Source: Lama guanicoe
Taxonomy: Eukaryota
Direction: 5' to 3'
Length of the DNA: 64,000 bases
Assembly: GCA_013239625.1 (NCBI GenBank)
Contig: MU054323.1
Location: forward strand, 9,517,186 to 9,581,185
The position numbers and the translations under genes are program-made. This document shows, piece after piece, positions 36,933-49,824 of this stretch (the first letter of the stretch is position 1; each line of letters opens with the position of its first letter). Under the pieces are notes generated by a model, which was not told the DNA's origin, made no database searches, and saw nothing but the letters and a program-made list of their open reading frames with translations.

Positions 36933-38999
36933 AGTTACAAGTAGAGAGAGGATTGTGTGCATTTCTGGAGGCTCATCGACCCCACAGAGTGACTGGAGCT
37001 GGGCAGACATGACCTCACTCACTCCGCCTTGGAAGTGGATGGGATGGGGGATCCTCTGGAGTTAGGTGAGAGCACAGGCCCACATGGGCCTTGGGCCTCT
37101 GGCTCAGACAATGGTACCCTACGTTGGCCAAGAGACACCCCCCCTCCAATCTCCTTATCCAATCAGTCAATCAGTCACTGGTCCTACCTCCAAAATTGAA
37201 GCAGAGAGCCGTGCCCAGGGATGGGGGTCCACCTAAGCATCCTGCTCTTTGAGAACAGAGCTTGAGCAGCAGGGCTGCCAGGATGCAGGGGGCTGGGCCG
37301 ATGGCTTCCAGAGAAGTCCAGGGGCTAGTTATTGGTGGCTGATTCTCACCATCCTGGTTACCTGCAAAGGTCATCGTGGCCACAGCAGCCACTAGTGCAC
37401 ACAAGGTTGCCCAAGGGCCTGTGGTGACCACATCTCTGGTCCCTGTGTCACCCCAGCTTGGCCTTTCAGTGGGCCTTACCGGGCCCACTATGGGGATGGC
37501 AACTACATCTCTTGCTTCTCCCTGGTTCCAGAGCCTGGGGCTACAGCTGGGCAGCTGGATGGCATGGTGGTGTGGAAAAGTGCTACCCACCCCATCCCAC
37601 CCCTGGAGACCACGATTAATTACCATGGCAGGAGGGAGAGGGGGAATCTTCTAAGGACTGAAGGAGGCAAACCTGCTTCCCCGGGCCCCGACTGCCAACC
37701 CAAGTCTGGATAATTGGAAAAGCCTTCCTGCTGATTCCTTCAGTCTCCACCCAGATGCTTAATGAAGAAAAGGGCTTTTCTGTGCTTCTCCAGCTGCCAC
37801 ACACAGCCTGGGCCGGCCCCACAGGGCTGCAAAGGCCCAAAGACTTGACTTTCCCAGGCCCCTCCCACCCAGAGCAGGGCCCAGGAGGCAGATTCTCAGT
37901 CACGAATCAGCCTGTGAGGCCGGCTCTGAGCCTGGGCCTCCTGCCAGGAGCGTGAGCTGGGGGAGCTGGGCTCAGACACCATCCCAGCGCCTTGGCTCAG
38001 GGCTTGCTGCCCTTGGCCCTCCCCTTCCCCACCTCCCAGCCACCCTTGGGCCTGGCAGACCAGCTCAGTGTCCTGCCCGCTCTGGGGCCCCTGATGATGG
38101 AGGAGCAGAGGATGAGCTGACTAGAGAAGAGGGTGGCTGAGAACAAGGGATGGAGAGAAGCTGCCCCGGGCTCTGGCTGTGGAAAATAAACCCCCAGAGT
38201 ACAGGAAAGATCTCCCCACCCCACCAGGAGCGGCAGGCGGAAGGAGCAGGCAGGAAGCTGCGGTGAGTTAGGAGTGACTCGTGATGACCACCAGTGACTT
38301 TGGGGACAGTGTCCGAGGGGCCTAGGCACCCTGCAGCCAGCACAGCCTCCATGGGCTCGCCTGCTCCAGCTGAGCTCTGGGCGCCCAGGCCAAGGACAGA
38401 GGTGCCCTGCCTGGTTTCCTCCCAGACTCTCCCAGAGACCACCCACGTGGGCTCTATCAGCTCAGATTATTGTGCAGATCTCCAGCTCAGCCCACAAACC
38501 CCACAATCTCTGAGCTGCTCAGGCCTTCCTCTCTGGCACTGCTTAGACCCAACAGCTGACCCGGGAAGGCATCTGGGCCACAGGAAGCGATGCAGGAGGT
38601 GGACCTCGAGCAGAGGAGGGTGGCCTCGCCCTGGAGAAGCTCTCGCCTGGACTGGCCATTGACACAACCTTCTGAGAGGCGCCCAGGCCTGTACCAGGGT
38701 GAGGACAGTCACCCAGCACCTGCTTTGTCCTGTTCAGTCCTTGATCCCTCTTTCCAAAAGCAACCCCTTCCCAGGCCCGGGGCTCTGTCCTAATGGAACT
38801 ATTTGCTATTCCTCACACATGCACCATGAACCTCGGCTTTGGCTGGTCCCCTCTTGAGAGTGGCCTTTGCCTCCTCATCTGTGACCTTCATGGGGCCCTG
38901 GTTCCCCTGTGTCCCTTCCTCTGCACACTCAGTACATCTTGCTGGAACCTGGGTTCTTCTGCCTCCGGTCAGAGTTACTGGAGTAAGGACCACAGTCCT

Positions 39000-39185
39000 A
39001 CAGTCTGACAGTTCCAGATTCAAATCCCAGCCCTGCCACTCCCTACCTGGGTGACCTTGGACGAGGGGCAGAAGCTCAGCTGCCTCATCTATAAAGCAGG
39101 TTGTTTTATAACAGGGATTGAATGACTTCCACACACTTAATATGGGGCTAGGCACCTAGTAATACTGGGTAAATACAGTGATTAT
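39000..39185 (+). mobile_element. MIR SINE
   Basis: ttcaaatcccagccctgccact...gggtgaccttgg...ctcagctgcctcatctataaa...ggcacctagtaa. Confidence 0.7.
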
Positions 39186-40189
39186 GAACATGGTGGTGGT
39201 GGCCCTCGTCCCTGTCATTATCCCTGAAAAGAGTGTAGGTTCCCTGAGGACGGGAACCACGTCTTTTTGTCTCTGTATTCTCTCCCCTCCCTGCTGTCCC
39301 TGCAGAGTGAGTGTGACTGACACAGTGTGGGGAGGCTCAATTAGAATTTGGATCAAGTAGAAGGAAATGGGGCCCCTGGGGAGACAGAAGGGCCACCCCG
39401 CTCCCCAGCAGTGGACAGGTCTGAACTGAGATACTCTGGGTGGCTCTGGCCTCCCTCAGCTCCAGCCTGCAGTCCAAGCTCCTTCCGAGGAGGCCCCGCT
39501 CAGCCACGACCCCTTCTGTCGTGGGTACATGTGCCCTCGGAAGGGAAATGGTCTTGTCCCAGGAGCATAGGACACCTCGGCTTCTCTGAGGAAAGGTAGC
39601 ATCTGGGCTCCTTTCTGTGCAGCAAACACTCCTGACGATGGACCAGGCCCAGTGTGAACTGGGGCCTCGGGCAAGTCCCAAACCTCTCGGAGTTTTGGGT
39701 CTGTCATCTGTCACCAAACACTCTATACATTACCTACTTCAGAGGGTGGTTAGAACATTAAATGAGATAATAAAGCACAGAGCCCGGGATAAGGTGAGTA
39801 TTCAACAGATGGAAGCTGTCCCTTCCCCATCCCCTGGCCCTGGCATACCCCATCCTTCGTCTGGTAGGCAGGGGGCAGGGAGGGGGTGCCCAGGTCTGAG
39901 GAAGGGGAGGGCTGCTGTCCGCTTGCCCTCTCTGGATGGCACCCCAGGGCCTGGTGCTCTGTCACCTGGGGCCCAGGAGGTCTCAGCTCTTCCTCCCCAG
40001 CCTCAGGAGCCTCAGCTCCTGCCCCAATTCCTACATTTAAAGACCCCTGTCCAGGCCTCCACAAACCCTCTGTGCTAGAAACCCCCTTCCGCCCTCCCAG
40101 GTAAGCCCGACCCTCAGCCAAGCCTCGGGACGCCTTCAGCTGCCCTCTCTGAACCTTCAAAGGACGAGTCAGAGCAGGCCCCATTTCCC

Positions 40190-40560
40190 AGGACCAGCGG
40201 ACTCTCTGCGCAGTAACGTCGCTTCTGGTTTATCTGGAGGAAGGAAGATGACGTCATGAGGTAAACCGCACAGCCTGAAACCACGAGGCTGGCGGCCCCA
40301 GTGTGTTTGCTTTTCAGCAAGTCACTCATGTGCGCAGAGGGACAAAGCGCCCGGGCCGTTCTGGTCAGAGGGGAGCCGGGAAAACAGGGAGATTTTCAAA
40401 CGTGGAACCACAAGAAAGGAGAGGGCTCCCAGACGGGACGGACGTCAGAGGCCAGGCCGGGCGGCTTCCTGGGGCGCTGCGGGAAGGGGGCCCACGGGGC
40501 GGGGCGGCTCCTTGGCACCTGAGGTACTGGGGATCGTGTTTACCGCGGTGGGCGTAACGA
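40190..40560. promoter_or_regulatory. CpG-enriched candidate enhancer/promoter with a full CRE
   Basis: ATGACGTCAT 40248-40257, GACGTCA 40441-40447, RUNX-type AACCGCA 40264 and AACCACA 40406, tandem GC boxes GGGGCGGGGCGG 40496-40507, and locally high CpG density. Confidence 0.55.
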
Positions 40561-42004
40561 GTAACAATAACAACAACAACAATAATAATAAACGTGCCAT
40601 TTGTGTGGGTCCATGACCCTGTTACCTCCTCAACAGCGCCCCATGAGATTGGGCCCGGCCCCGTGTGGTGGGCGTGATCCCCACGTAGAGATGAGGGAGA
40701 CGAGGCTGGTGGGCCTCTGTTCTGTGCTTTCAACCTCGAAACAACAAAGCTTGTTTGCCATCAGGCTGAGTGACCTTCTGCCCAGAGGCCTGTGTGGAGG
40801 GCTCCCAGGTTCAAGCCTCAACCCTACTGGGCTCGTCTCTGCGAGCCTCAGTTTCTTCATGTGGCCAATGTCTTGCCTCATATGCTAAGAGAGTTTCTAA
40901 AACAACACAACTACAAGATAAGCTGTTGGCAGCACAGAACCCAGGTTCTCCCCGCCCCTGACCCTCAGGCGCTCATTCCCTGTCATAGCTGTTAACCATT
41001 CTGATAAGAATTACCCATTAGATTCTTTCCAAGAGACCTCCAGCTGCGAGCCCGGGGTGAGGAGCACAGGTGTGAAGGTATGGGGCTGGTGGGGAGGGCC
41101 CCAGGGGGCCAGGGCGGCTGCCAGGAGGAGCCTCTCTTGCCACTTTCCCAGGGCCAGCTCAGCACCTTATGTGTGAGGATTAGTCATAAGCCACTGTTTG
41201 ACCCCAAAAGTCATAGTTCACTGGGTTGGTGCCACAGCGATGCTTCTCTGACTCACGGCCCAGGATGACACGGAGGCCTGGGGGACAGCTGGAGATCCCG
41301 CCGGCCCAGCCAGAGGTTCCAGGGTTTCCTGCTTGCAGCCCTCTTGCCTGGTGGCTGTGGCTTTAGGGAAAGAGGGCTGTGGGCAGTGGGAGGTGGGCAA
41401 CTGGGAAAAGTTAGATTATACAGTCTCTGGGTTTCTTCTCAGCTCTGAGAACGGGGCTCTGCCTCGGCTGCTCTCAGGGAGGACGGGGTAGTTTGGGCTT
41501 GAGGCCTGTGCCCCAGGAACTGCCAGCGCTGCTAGCCGCCCCGCCCTACTCCCGGGCCCTCCGGGTCTCCCTGGGGCCAGGCTGCTGGATGCTCAGAGCT
41601 CACCCCCTGCTCTGGCTCCAGACGTGGGAAGAGCTGCAGAATGTCTCGTTTTAAAGGCCTCCGGACCCCTGAATCCCACTGTCTCCCAAATGGGCAGAGT
41701 GAGGCCAAGGAAGGGTAAGGAATGTATCCAAGGCCACAAGCAAGCCAGCGAGCAGCTTCCACTGCATCAGTTGCCTTGTGTTTGCACCTGAAGGACCCCT
41801 CTCACCTGAGAGCTGGAAGCAGCCAGGTGGGAAGGATTCTTCAGCAGCCCTGCCTCCATTGCCTCTGCCACGGTCAATACAGGCATTGGCTCCGACCCTC
41901 CGGCTCCAGCACCATCATTTGCCCTCCCTCCTCCGCCACACCCCCCACCCCCCATCTCGTGCTTATGGGCTTTTATTTACTCATCCTCAGAGGCAGAACA
42001 GTGC

Positions 42005-42210
42005 CAGTAGGAGGCAGGAGGCAGAATCAGGCAGCCTTGACTGGGGTAAGCTTTTATTCTCACTGTGCTTTAGTCCCTTGGCTGTGAAATGGGAATCCTA
42101 GAGAGATCTTCTCATTGGGTTTTTGGGAGGCTTAAATAAGTCGATATTGTAAAGCACTTTAGAATAGGGCCTGGCACATAATGAGTACCCAGTAGATGCT
42201 ACCATGCATT
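42005..42210 (+). mobile_element. MIR SINE
   Basis: ctgtgaaatgggaat...ggcttaaataagtcgatattgtaaagcactttagaatagggcctggcacataatgagtac. Confidence 0.8.
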
Positions 42211-44374
42211 CATTCATCCATTCTATCCTGCCTGTTTCCAAGTAGGTCTGAGATGACTCACAATGGAAGACACAGATGTAATAGGCCTTTAAAGTCAGGT
42301 TAAAAGAACACAAGGCTGGGATAGAGAAGGAAAGAGGTGTCCCAGAACCATGGGCTGTTGCATCTGAACATGGCTTCCTGGCAGGCTGGTCCTCGAGGCA
42401 ATGCTGGTGGCACTGAGCTCTCCTTTTCTGGTAAAAATGAAATAGACCAGCTCTTCAGGAGGACAGAAAGTTCTCCTGGTGCAACTTTAGAAAGACAGTA
42501 AATAATGCATTGGGCAGAGCCTCCCCTCGCCTCCCCTCTCCACCCTAAGAAGCTCAGGGACTCCTCTTTATGCTACTTCGCTCTCCGTCTCTAGAAGCCT
42601 GGGGAAATGAGGAGCCAGGCCTGCTGACCTAAAGCAAAGTCCGCAGCCATCCCAGGACAAGGTGCTCAGGGCCCCAGGGTGGGAGCGGGAGTTCTGGGAA
42701 AAAGCCAAGCCTCTGAGACATGAAGGGCCTTCCCTCAGATGCGGAGTTAGCCCTCTCCCAGGGGCTGCTTCCCAGCAGCCGGAGCCGTAAGTGCCCCAGG
42801 GAGGAGGCCAGGGAATGGTCACTGAGAAATCCCGGAGCTGCCCACACACTTCCCCTTCTCTCAAATGCCAGGAGGCCAGGGGAAGGTGAACAAGGCACCC
42901 TATTGCTGAGTCACTGGAAAGACTGGGGGACCTGGAGGGAAAGGGTCTCATGCTATCTCCCCAGGAGCCCTGAAGGGGAGTGTGGCCCTCGGTGTGGCCT
43001 GAGACCATCTTCACAGACTTGGGGAGCACCTTTTCGAAGCCTCTCTCTCCCTGTCCCCCCACCCCCGACCCCACGCCTGCACATGAGCGCACGCACGCGC
43101 GCGCACACACACACACACTGGGGACAGTGGGAACTCTCTCCTGTCTTGTGAGGCTCTGCCTCATTTACAAAAGACTCGTGGAGCCTTCAGTGCTCACCCA
43201 CCTCTTAGCTCAAGGAGTCCACCTAAGCTACCCCCCAGTTCCCCTTCCTAAGCCAGGCCCTGGGGGTGTTTACCCAGCAGCCTGTGGGCTTCCATCCTCA
43301 GCTGCAGGCCTTTGTGCAGCAGGAGGAGTCCCCCTGCTCATGTTCCTCACTGCAGAGAGCCTGCAGAGGGGCCCGTTGCAAGGTGTACCCACTCCTGGGG
43401 CCACTGTCCACCGGGGCCCTTGGGTGCAGCTGACCCCCACTCCCCCATCCCTGTTCCCCTGAGTCAGCTGGAGGAAGCAGAGAAGCTGGCCTGGCAGCTG
43501 GCCTCGTTAGTCTCCGTCTTGGTTGGGGAAATGCCTTTGGTGCCAGCACGTAACCATCCAAGACGTAATGATTCGCCCACATCAAGGTCTGCGCATGTAT
43601 TGGTCAGGAGAACAGTTTGCCCAGAGGGGTTTTTGAGGCCCAACACTAGACACGAGTGTGAGGGAAGTCCCACCCGTCCTGGTCCCCTCCTATAATTTCT
43701 AGCTGGCATCAAGAGGCAGAGCAGTAATAGAGGGGGTGGGAGGCTGGCCTGGGACAGGGTTGGATTTGGGCTTGGGTCTAGTTAGGCGTGTGGGTGGAAG
43801 TGCCTCCTCTGCAGCCCCCTGCCCTGGTCCTTTTCACCTCTCACCTGGACTGTGGCAATACCCTCCCCCTGGTCCTCCCAGCCCAAGCCTCACCCCTATA
43901 ATTGATCTCCCCATGAGATGATCAAGGGCCTAGTCTCTCCCTGGCTCATAAATTGTCAATGGTTCCCAATGCCCATGGAGAACAGAAGACTCTCAGGGCC
44001 TTGCAGTCGGCCTCAGCCACATTTCCAACCCTATCCCCCTGCTCCTAAGAGAACCTTCTGCCCCAAACAAAGGCCTTGGCTCTTTGGCTCCAGGCCTCTG
44101 CTTCTCCTGGATGGTCCTCCTCTCCCTCCCCTCAAGGCACAGCCTGAGTTCTCCCTCCTCCAAGACGCTTTGCCTGACTGTCCCAGGGGGAGCACTGTGT
44201 GAACTCTTGGCATTCATTTGATGGGGAAAGAGCGCAGTTTTGGAGCCAGATAGGCCTGGGTTATTCTCAGCTCAGGTCTAATCCCGTTCACTAGTTGCAA
44301 GGCACTTAACTTTTCTGAGCTCCCATTTCCCACTCAGGAAATGGGAATGAGGCCCACCCTGCAGGGTACCTGGG

Positions 44375-45342
44375 CTGAGAAGCACCTGTTGTTTTTGCCT
44401 TTCCAGTGTCCATTCCTCTTCCTTTTGGTGATATCATCTGGATTTGCAGTTGGATATGTGGTCCAGGTAGGCCTGACCTTACTGCCTGGTTCCAGCATGA
44501 GCATATGATCCAGAATATTCCATTGCCCTGGCCACAGAGATAGGTTCCAGGGATGGGCATGTAACTCACACCAGACCAATGGGACCTGTGCTTGAGACTT
44601 TAGCTGGAGTCACTGAGACTTCATTTCCACTGAAATTACCAGACTGACAGAAGGAACGCTGGGGCCTTTGGCCACTGTCGTGGGTTCAGTTGTGTTCCCC
44701 CAAAAGATATGTTCAAGTCCTAACCCCCTTTGAAGGTGATTTTATTCAGACATAGGGTCTTTGCAGGTGTAAGCAAGTGAAGATAAAGCCTTACTGGATG
44801 AGGGTGGACCCTCATTCAATAACTGGTATCTTTATAAGAGGGACATTTAGACACAGAGGCAGGGACAGGGAAAAGGCCATATGACAATAGAGGCAGAGGT
44901 GGCAGTGAGGCACCTACAAGCCGAGGAGCACCAAGAATGGCCAGTCAGCACCAGAAGCTGGGAGAGGGGCACGGGACTGCTTTCCCCTTGGCAGCTCCGG
45001 CGGGAACTGGCCTTGCCAACACCATGATTTCAGGCTTCCGGCCTCCACCACGGTGAGGGAACAACGTTCTGTGCGCTAAGCCACCTACGTTTGTGGCGAT
45101 TTGTTACAGCAGCCGCAGGGCACTAATACAGCCGCCAGCTGGGGAGACTGAGCCTGAGCCTGATGTCCACACTGGAAACGGGGCCGCGGACGCGCACTCT
45201 GGGCACTGCAACAGCATGTGGGTCCAGCAGGGGCCAAAGCAGGAGGTTTACCGGCTGTTTCAGTCACTTGAGTCTATTTAGTCCTGATTTTACTTCAGTT
45301 TCTTCAGCTGAGTTTCTGTCTCTTTCAACTGAGGTCTAATAT
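44375..45342 (+). mobile_element. Old MaLR LTR (MLT1J/K/L-like) split by a younger MLT1 insertion
   Basis: 5' part ccattcctcttccttttggt...ggttccagggatgggcatgtaactca...ccaatg (44375-44675); 3' part ...gagtttctgtctctttcaactgaggtctaata (45131-45342). Confidence 0.6.
44676..45130 (+). mobile_element. MLT1C-like MaLR solo LTR, full length
   Basis: TG...CA termini (tgtcgtgggtt...cactaataca), canonical ccccaaaagatatgttcaagtcctaacccc and tttgttacagcagcc motifs, and a 5-bp TSD gccac/gccgc. Confidence 0.9.
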
Positions 45343-45477
45343 AGAAGGAGCAGGTGTGAAATGCATAGCATAGCATAGCGCCCAGCTGATAGGGAGCACT
45401 CAGTTACTATTATTGCTGCTGCTGTTGCTGTTCCCAACTAGAATGACCGCTCTCCAGAGCAAGGGCCATAGCACTTG

Positions 45478-45892
45478 TCTGTGTCGCTGGCTGGGTTCCC
45501 TGGAAGCAGGCTCTGAGACTGAGTCAGTGTGCCGGATGTTTCTTAGGGAGTGGTCTTGGGATCAAACCCTGGGCTCAAGGGAACAAGGAAGCAGGACTGA
45601 GCAGAGGGAAGCTGAGCAGGGATGCCCCATGACAGCCTCAGCTGGCCCCATCGGAGTTCTGGAACTGGCACTGCTCTCCAGAGTCATTCCACATCAGATC
45701 TGTGTACTCTGGAATCTACCTGTCCTGAATCTGCGCTGCCCTGAGAAAAGGCGAGCTCTTGAGAGTGGTCTTCCCAGCTTTCCCGGTAGCTGAGGCCATC
45801 CCTGAGGGGCAGGTGTCTGGCCAGCCCTCCCAGCAACTGGGACAAGTCCTCACCGAAGGGGAACAGGGCGGGCCATTATGGTGCCCACCACA
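45478..45892 (-). mobile_element. LTR16-like ERVL LTR
   Basis: ggctgggttccctggaagcaggctctgagac...agggagtggtcttgggatcaa...ggaagcaggactgagcagagggaagctga...gcctcagctggccccatcggagttctgga. Confidence 0.75.
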
Positions 45893-48800
45893 CTTGGGGC
45901 ATGCCCCAGAGCCTGGCACCCAGTAACTTTTCATTGTTAAAAACATTCATTCATTCATTCACTCAAACCTAAGTTTGATGGGGCAAAATCAGGTTCTTGG
46001 TGGTCTGAGCTGGAGTCCTTCAGGAGAGGGGTCCTGGTGGCTGTTGGGCATGTCGAGAAAAAAACATGGTGGGGATGGGTTCAGTCTGGATGTGATCAGA
46101 ATTGGTGGTGTAGCCTCGCTTGGCATTGCGTAGGTCTAGTGAGTGCCAAAGGATCAGCGCGCTGGGGCAACCTTTCAATGGCTTCTTTTTAGAACTGCAG
46201 GCTCCGGGGGCTATAAAATCTCTCTTCCTTTCTTATGTTGATTTCTTTCTGTTGGGGAGGCTGGCTCAGTCTTTCAAGTTTCCTCTCCTGTGTCTCCTCC
46301 CTCCCCAGGCCGCTCTTCCTAGAGCTGGGGTGTCCCCCAAGTCCCAGCCCCAGTAGTGGCCTTGTGCCCAGGCTGTACAGTGAGCGGTGCTGGCCAGCAC
46401 CCTGGCCGGGCCGGGCCCTCCCGGGAAGCCGGGTGCTCCCTCTTACCAGATGAGAAACCAAGACTCCGAAAGAGAGGAAGCTAGTTGTTCAAAGTAACAG
46501 TCAGTGGTTGAGCCAGGAAGCGGGTCCCACTTCTTCCTCCTCAGCCTCCCTCGTGCGCAGCGCAGACCGCAACTCAGGCCACACGCAGCCCCCTGTCTAA
46601 GGAGCATCCAGCCCCTCTGCCCACAGCTGCTTCGTACACATGGCTGCCTCCTCAGCACAGCGTGCCTGGGACGGGGCTGCCAGTGCCACAGGGATCGGCC
46701 CAGCGCCTTGGCTGGGGTTTCAGCAGGTGTCGCACCTCCCAGGGCTCCACCAGAAAGCAAGGAACAGCCAGAAGGGCCTCCGAGGCCACCTTGTCCTGTC
46801 CCATCCCCTTCTCCTGTCACGGGTGCATGGAAAGTTCCGAGGCCTGACTTTCCTGAGGCCACACAGTGAGTTGTCAATGGGGTTAGAACCCAGGGATTGT
46901 CCTGTTTTCCCTAAAGTTACTCCCCTCCCCGAGGTTACATACAGCCATTAACTCTGGTTTTTTCTTATTTCCAAATGGTCTTAACAGGGAACAACACAAG
47001 AATCAGTTTCATTGCACTGGCTAGACCATACACCTCTTACGGGTAGTTGGCCAGCAGGGAAGGGTGCTGGGGATGGCGGGAAAGCAAACCGCTTCACCTG
47101 TGTGCGCCCCCCCCCCCTTTAAAGAAACCTAGTCTGCTGTCTAAGAAGGTGGCTCCCTTAGATGAAGGTCCTTTTGCCCTGTGAGCCCCTGGCTGACTTG
47201 GATGTGCAGAGAAGGGTCTAGAGTCAGGCAGGAGGGGATGTGGAGTAGGCTGCCTGCAGATAGAAGACTGGAGAGGGCACATAGGGTGGGAGAGGGGAGA
47301 GGAAAGAGCGGGGTCCTGGAGCCCAGGAGAGCTGAGGCCTGGGACTTTGGGGCCATGCAGGCGGAGAGCAGATGGAAATCTCATGACTGAAGGGCGTCTG
47401 AAGAACCCAAGTGTGCTGTGTTCACGCGGAAGTTCTTTGCTTCTCTGCCCTCCCCATCTGCTTGGCAGTAAAGACCACCTCCAGGAGAAGGGGAGGGCTT
47501 CTGATGGAGAGAGAAGAAGGCACAGTTGCTGGGCCTGGGTTCTCCCAGGGTGGCACCAGAGGAGAAACGCAGAGGTGGGGCCCAGAGGCTGAGGGGCCTT
47601 GACCCTAAGCCCCCCACCTCACCCCCACTCCGAGTGATCTGCAGAAATCCTGGCGAGGGTCCTGGATTTCTCGGAGCCTAACGTGGGGTTTTGCACTGAT
47701 CACGTGTAGACCTCAGGCGGCTGGGAGACCCCAGCTGCCTCGGTTACACCTCCATTTTCTGCTTTGCTCTTTCCCACACCTCTCTTTGGGAGCTGGCATC
47801 ATGCCTGCTTTCCACCAGAGGCACCTGGGGCCCAGAGTAGGTTAAGTAACTCACATGAGTCCCCAGACAGTTCTTGGTCAAACTGTGCTACCCGCTGCCT
47901 GACCGCAGCCCTGGCAGAGCACGGCGCTCGCCCCAGCTCTCTAAAGACTCGTGCACTGCAGATGGGGGAACCGAAACACAGGCCCTGCCTCCTCCATGGA
48001 TTTGGGTTCGAATCCTGCTCTGACACTGACCACCTCTGTTACTTTAGGTGAATCAAACTCTGAGCTTCAGTATCCTCTCCTGTAAGGTGTGGGTTCTGAT
48101 TTAGGCATGTGCTCGATGCTGAATGAGTGTTAATATCGTCATCATTGTGACTCAGCACCCAGAGCCCCGGATGGAAGCCCTCTCCTGGGAGGGGCTCATC
48201 CTGCTGAGCGAGTCCCATCCTTGCCGGCCTTTCCACTCCCTCCCTAGCTCTGTGATAAGGTGCTTTTGTAGAGCAAGCCCCCAAGCTCACCCTGGCTTTT
48301 CCTGTGTGCCCTGTCCCTTGAGGAATGAGGGTCCTACCCCTGGGGAGAGGCAACCCTGGCAGCAACCCTACGAAGGGCCCGTGACCACACGAGGCTCCAG
48401 CAGGGGCCTTTGGGATGAGGACCATGGCCAGAAATGGGCGGGATGGAGGCATGTGGTAGAGGCTGGGTGCTTGGTTCCCAGCTCAGATGGGGAACTGCAG
48501 AGACCACCCATCAAACCACAGGCCAAGGACCTGCACCTTTCTCTGCCTCTCCACGCTCTCCTGTCACGGAGGTCCCAGTGGCTGGATCATGCTCCTGGAT
48601 CTGAGGCTTGACAGATTAGCACCTGTCTGGACTGGAAAATCTACTCTCGACACCCTCCTGCCCTGCCTGTCTTTTATGTCTGAGCTGCAGAAATCCAGGT
48701 CCTGGCCAGGGGCCCCCCTTTCTCTTCCCCTTTCTGCTCCGGGATTTGCTCAGTCTCTGAGCAGCCACCAAACCTGCAGCACTAGGCAGTCCTGGGCTCA

Positions 48801-49824
48801 GGGTGCTGCAGGACTCAGGTGGCCTGGGGTCCTAGCACTGATGCCCCTTTCCCACCTTCAGGAGGCATCGTTACCCATTTTTCAGATGAGGCCCAGGTTT
48901 GCCCAAGTCCATGCAGCTTGCCAGTGGCATGTGGGATTTGAGTCTGGGGACTGACTGGTGCCAAAGTCTTCTGGAAGGATCTGGAAATGAGAAAGGGAAG
49001 GGAGGATGGGTTTTGCCTGTAGGCAGAATGGGTCAAACACGTATCTTGGGCAGTGTCTGCAAAGGCCTTTTAGCATGACTTGAAGAACATTTAATTACTT
49101 AGTACAAATAATAATAATAGTTTCTGCTGGGCTTACTTCGTGCCAGGTACATCCATTAACTCATTGAATTGAACTGGTCCTAGAGTTGAGATTAGAAAAG
49201 CCATCCCTCCCTCAGCAGCAGTTCTGACATCTGACCTTTGCGTGCCCGGATACCTGGCCTCCCAGAGCACGGTCCAGCTCCCCCTCTCACCTCCTCAGCT
49301 GGGCCCAGGAGAGGACAGGGCAGCACTACCTCAGCTCCAAACTGTTGCTCCTGTGTCGAGCTTTCACCTCTATTAAAAAAAAGAAGTTGCCTCCCACGTG
49401 GGGTCTTTTCAGCCGGTCAGGCCACCTCTCCCCATCCCCCGTGGCATCCTCACCAGCCGGCAGGTCATGACCCCACTGGCCTTGGCACTGACTCTGCCAG
49501 CCTCTTGGCTTCCATCTGGGGAGATTTCAACAGCCAGGTGGGCTGTCCATCCAGATCCTTGCCTCATAGTTTCTTGACTTTTCCAAGACCTGTGACTTTC
49601 AGCTTTTCTTCAGCAAGCCACTGCCTGGCCACTTGACCTCACCTAGAAAGGCTCTAGTCTTTCAAATTCCCCTCAAGGCTACAACTTGCTCTTACAGGAC
49701 CCCCCCATCTCCTTTTCTCCCCTTCCCCTCCTTCCTTCCCTCCGTGGCTCCAGGAGCCCTCTCTTCTTTTGCACATTTTTTGCATCCTGTTTCCACCCCA
49801 CCTACATGGCCAGCATCTGACCAA

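Noticed and set aside
46205..46220. TATA-like ctataaaa
   Set aside because: Isolated motif with no supporting promoter architecture or downstream exon.
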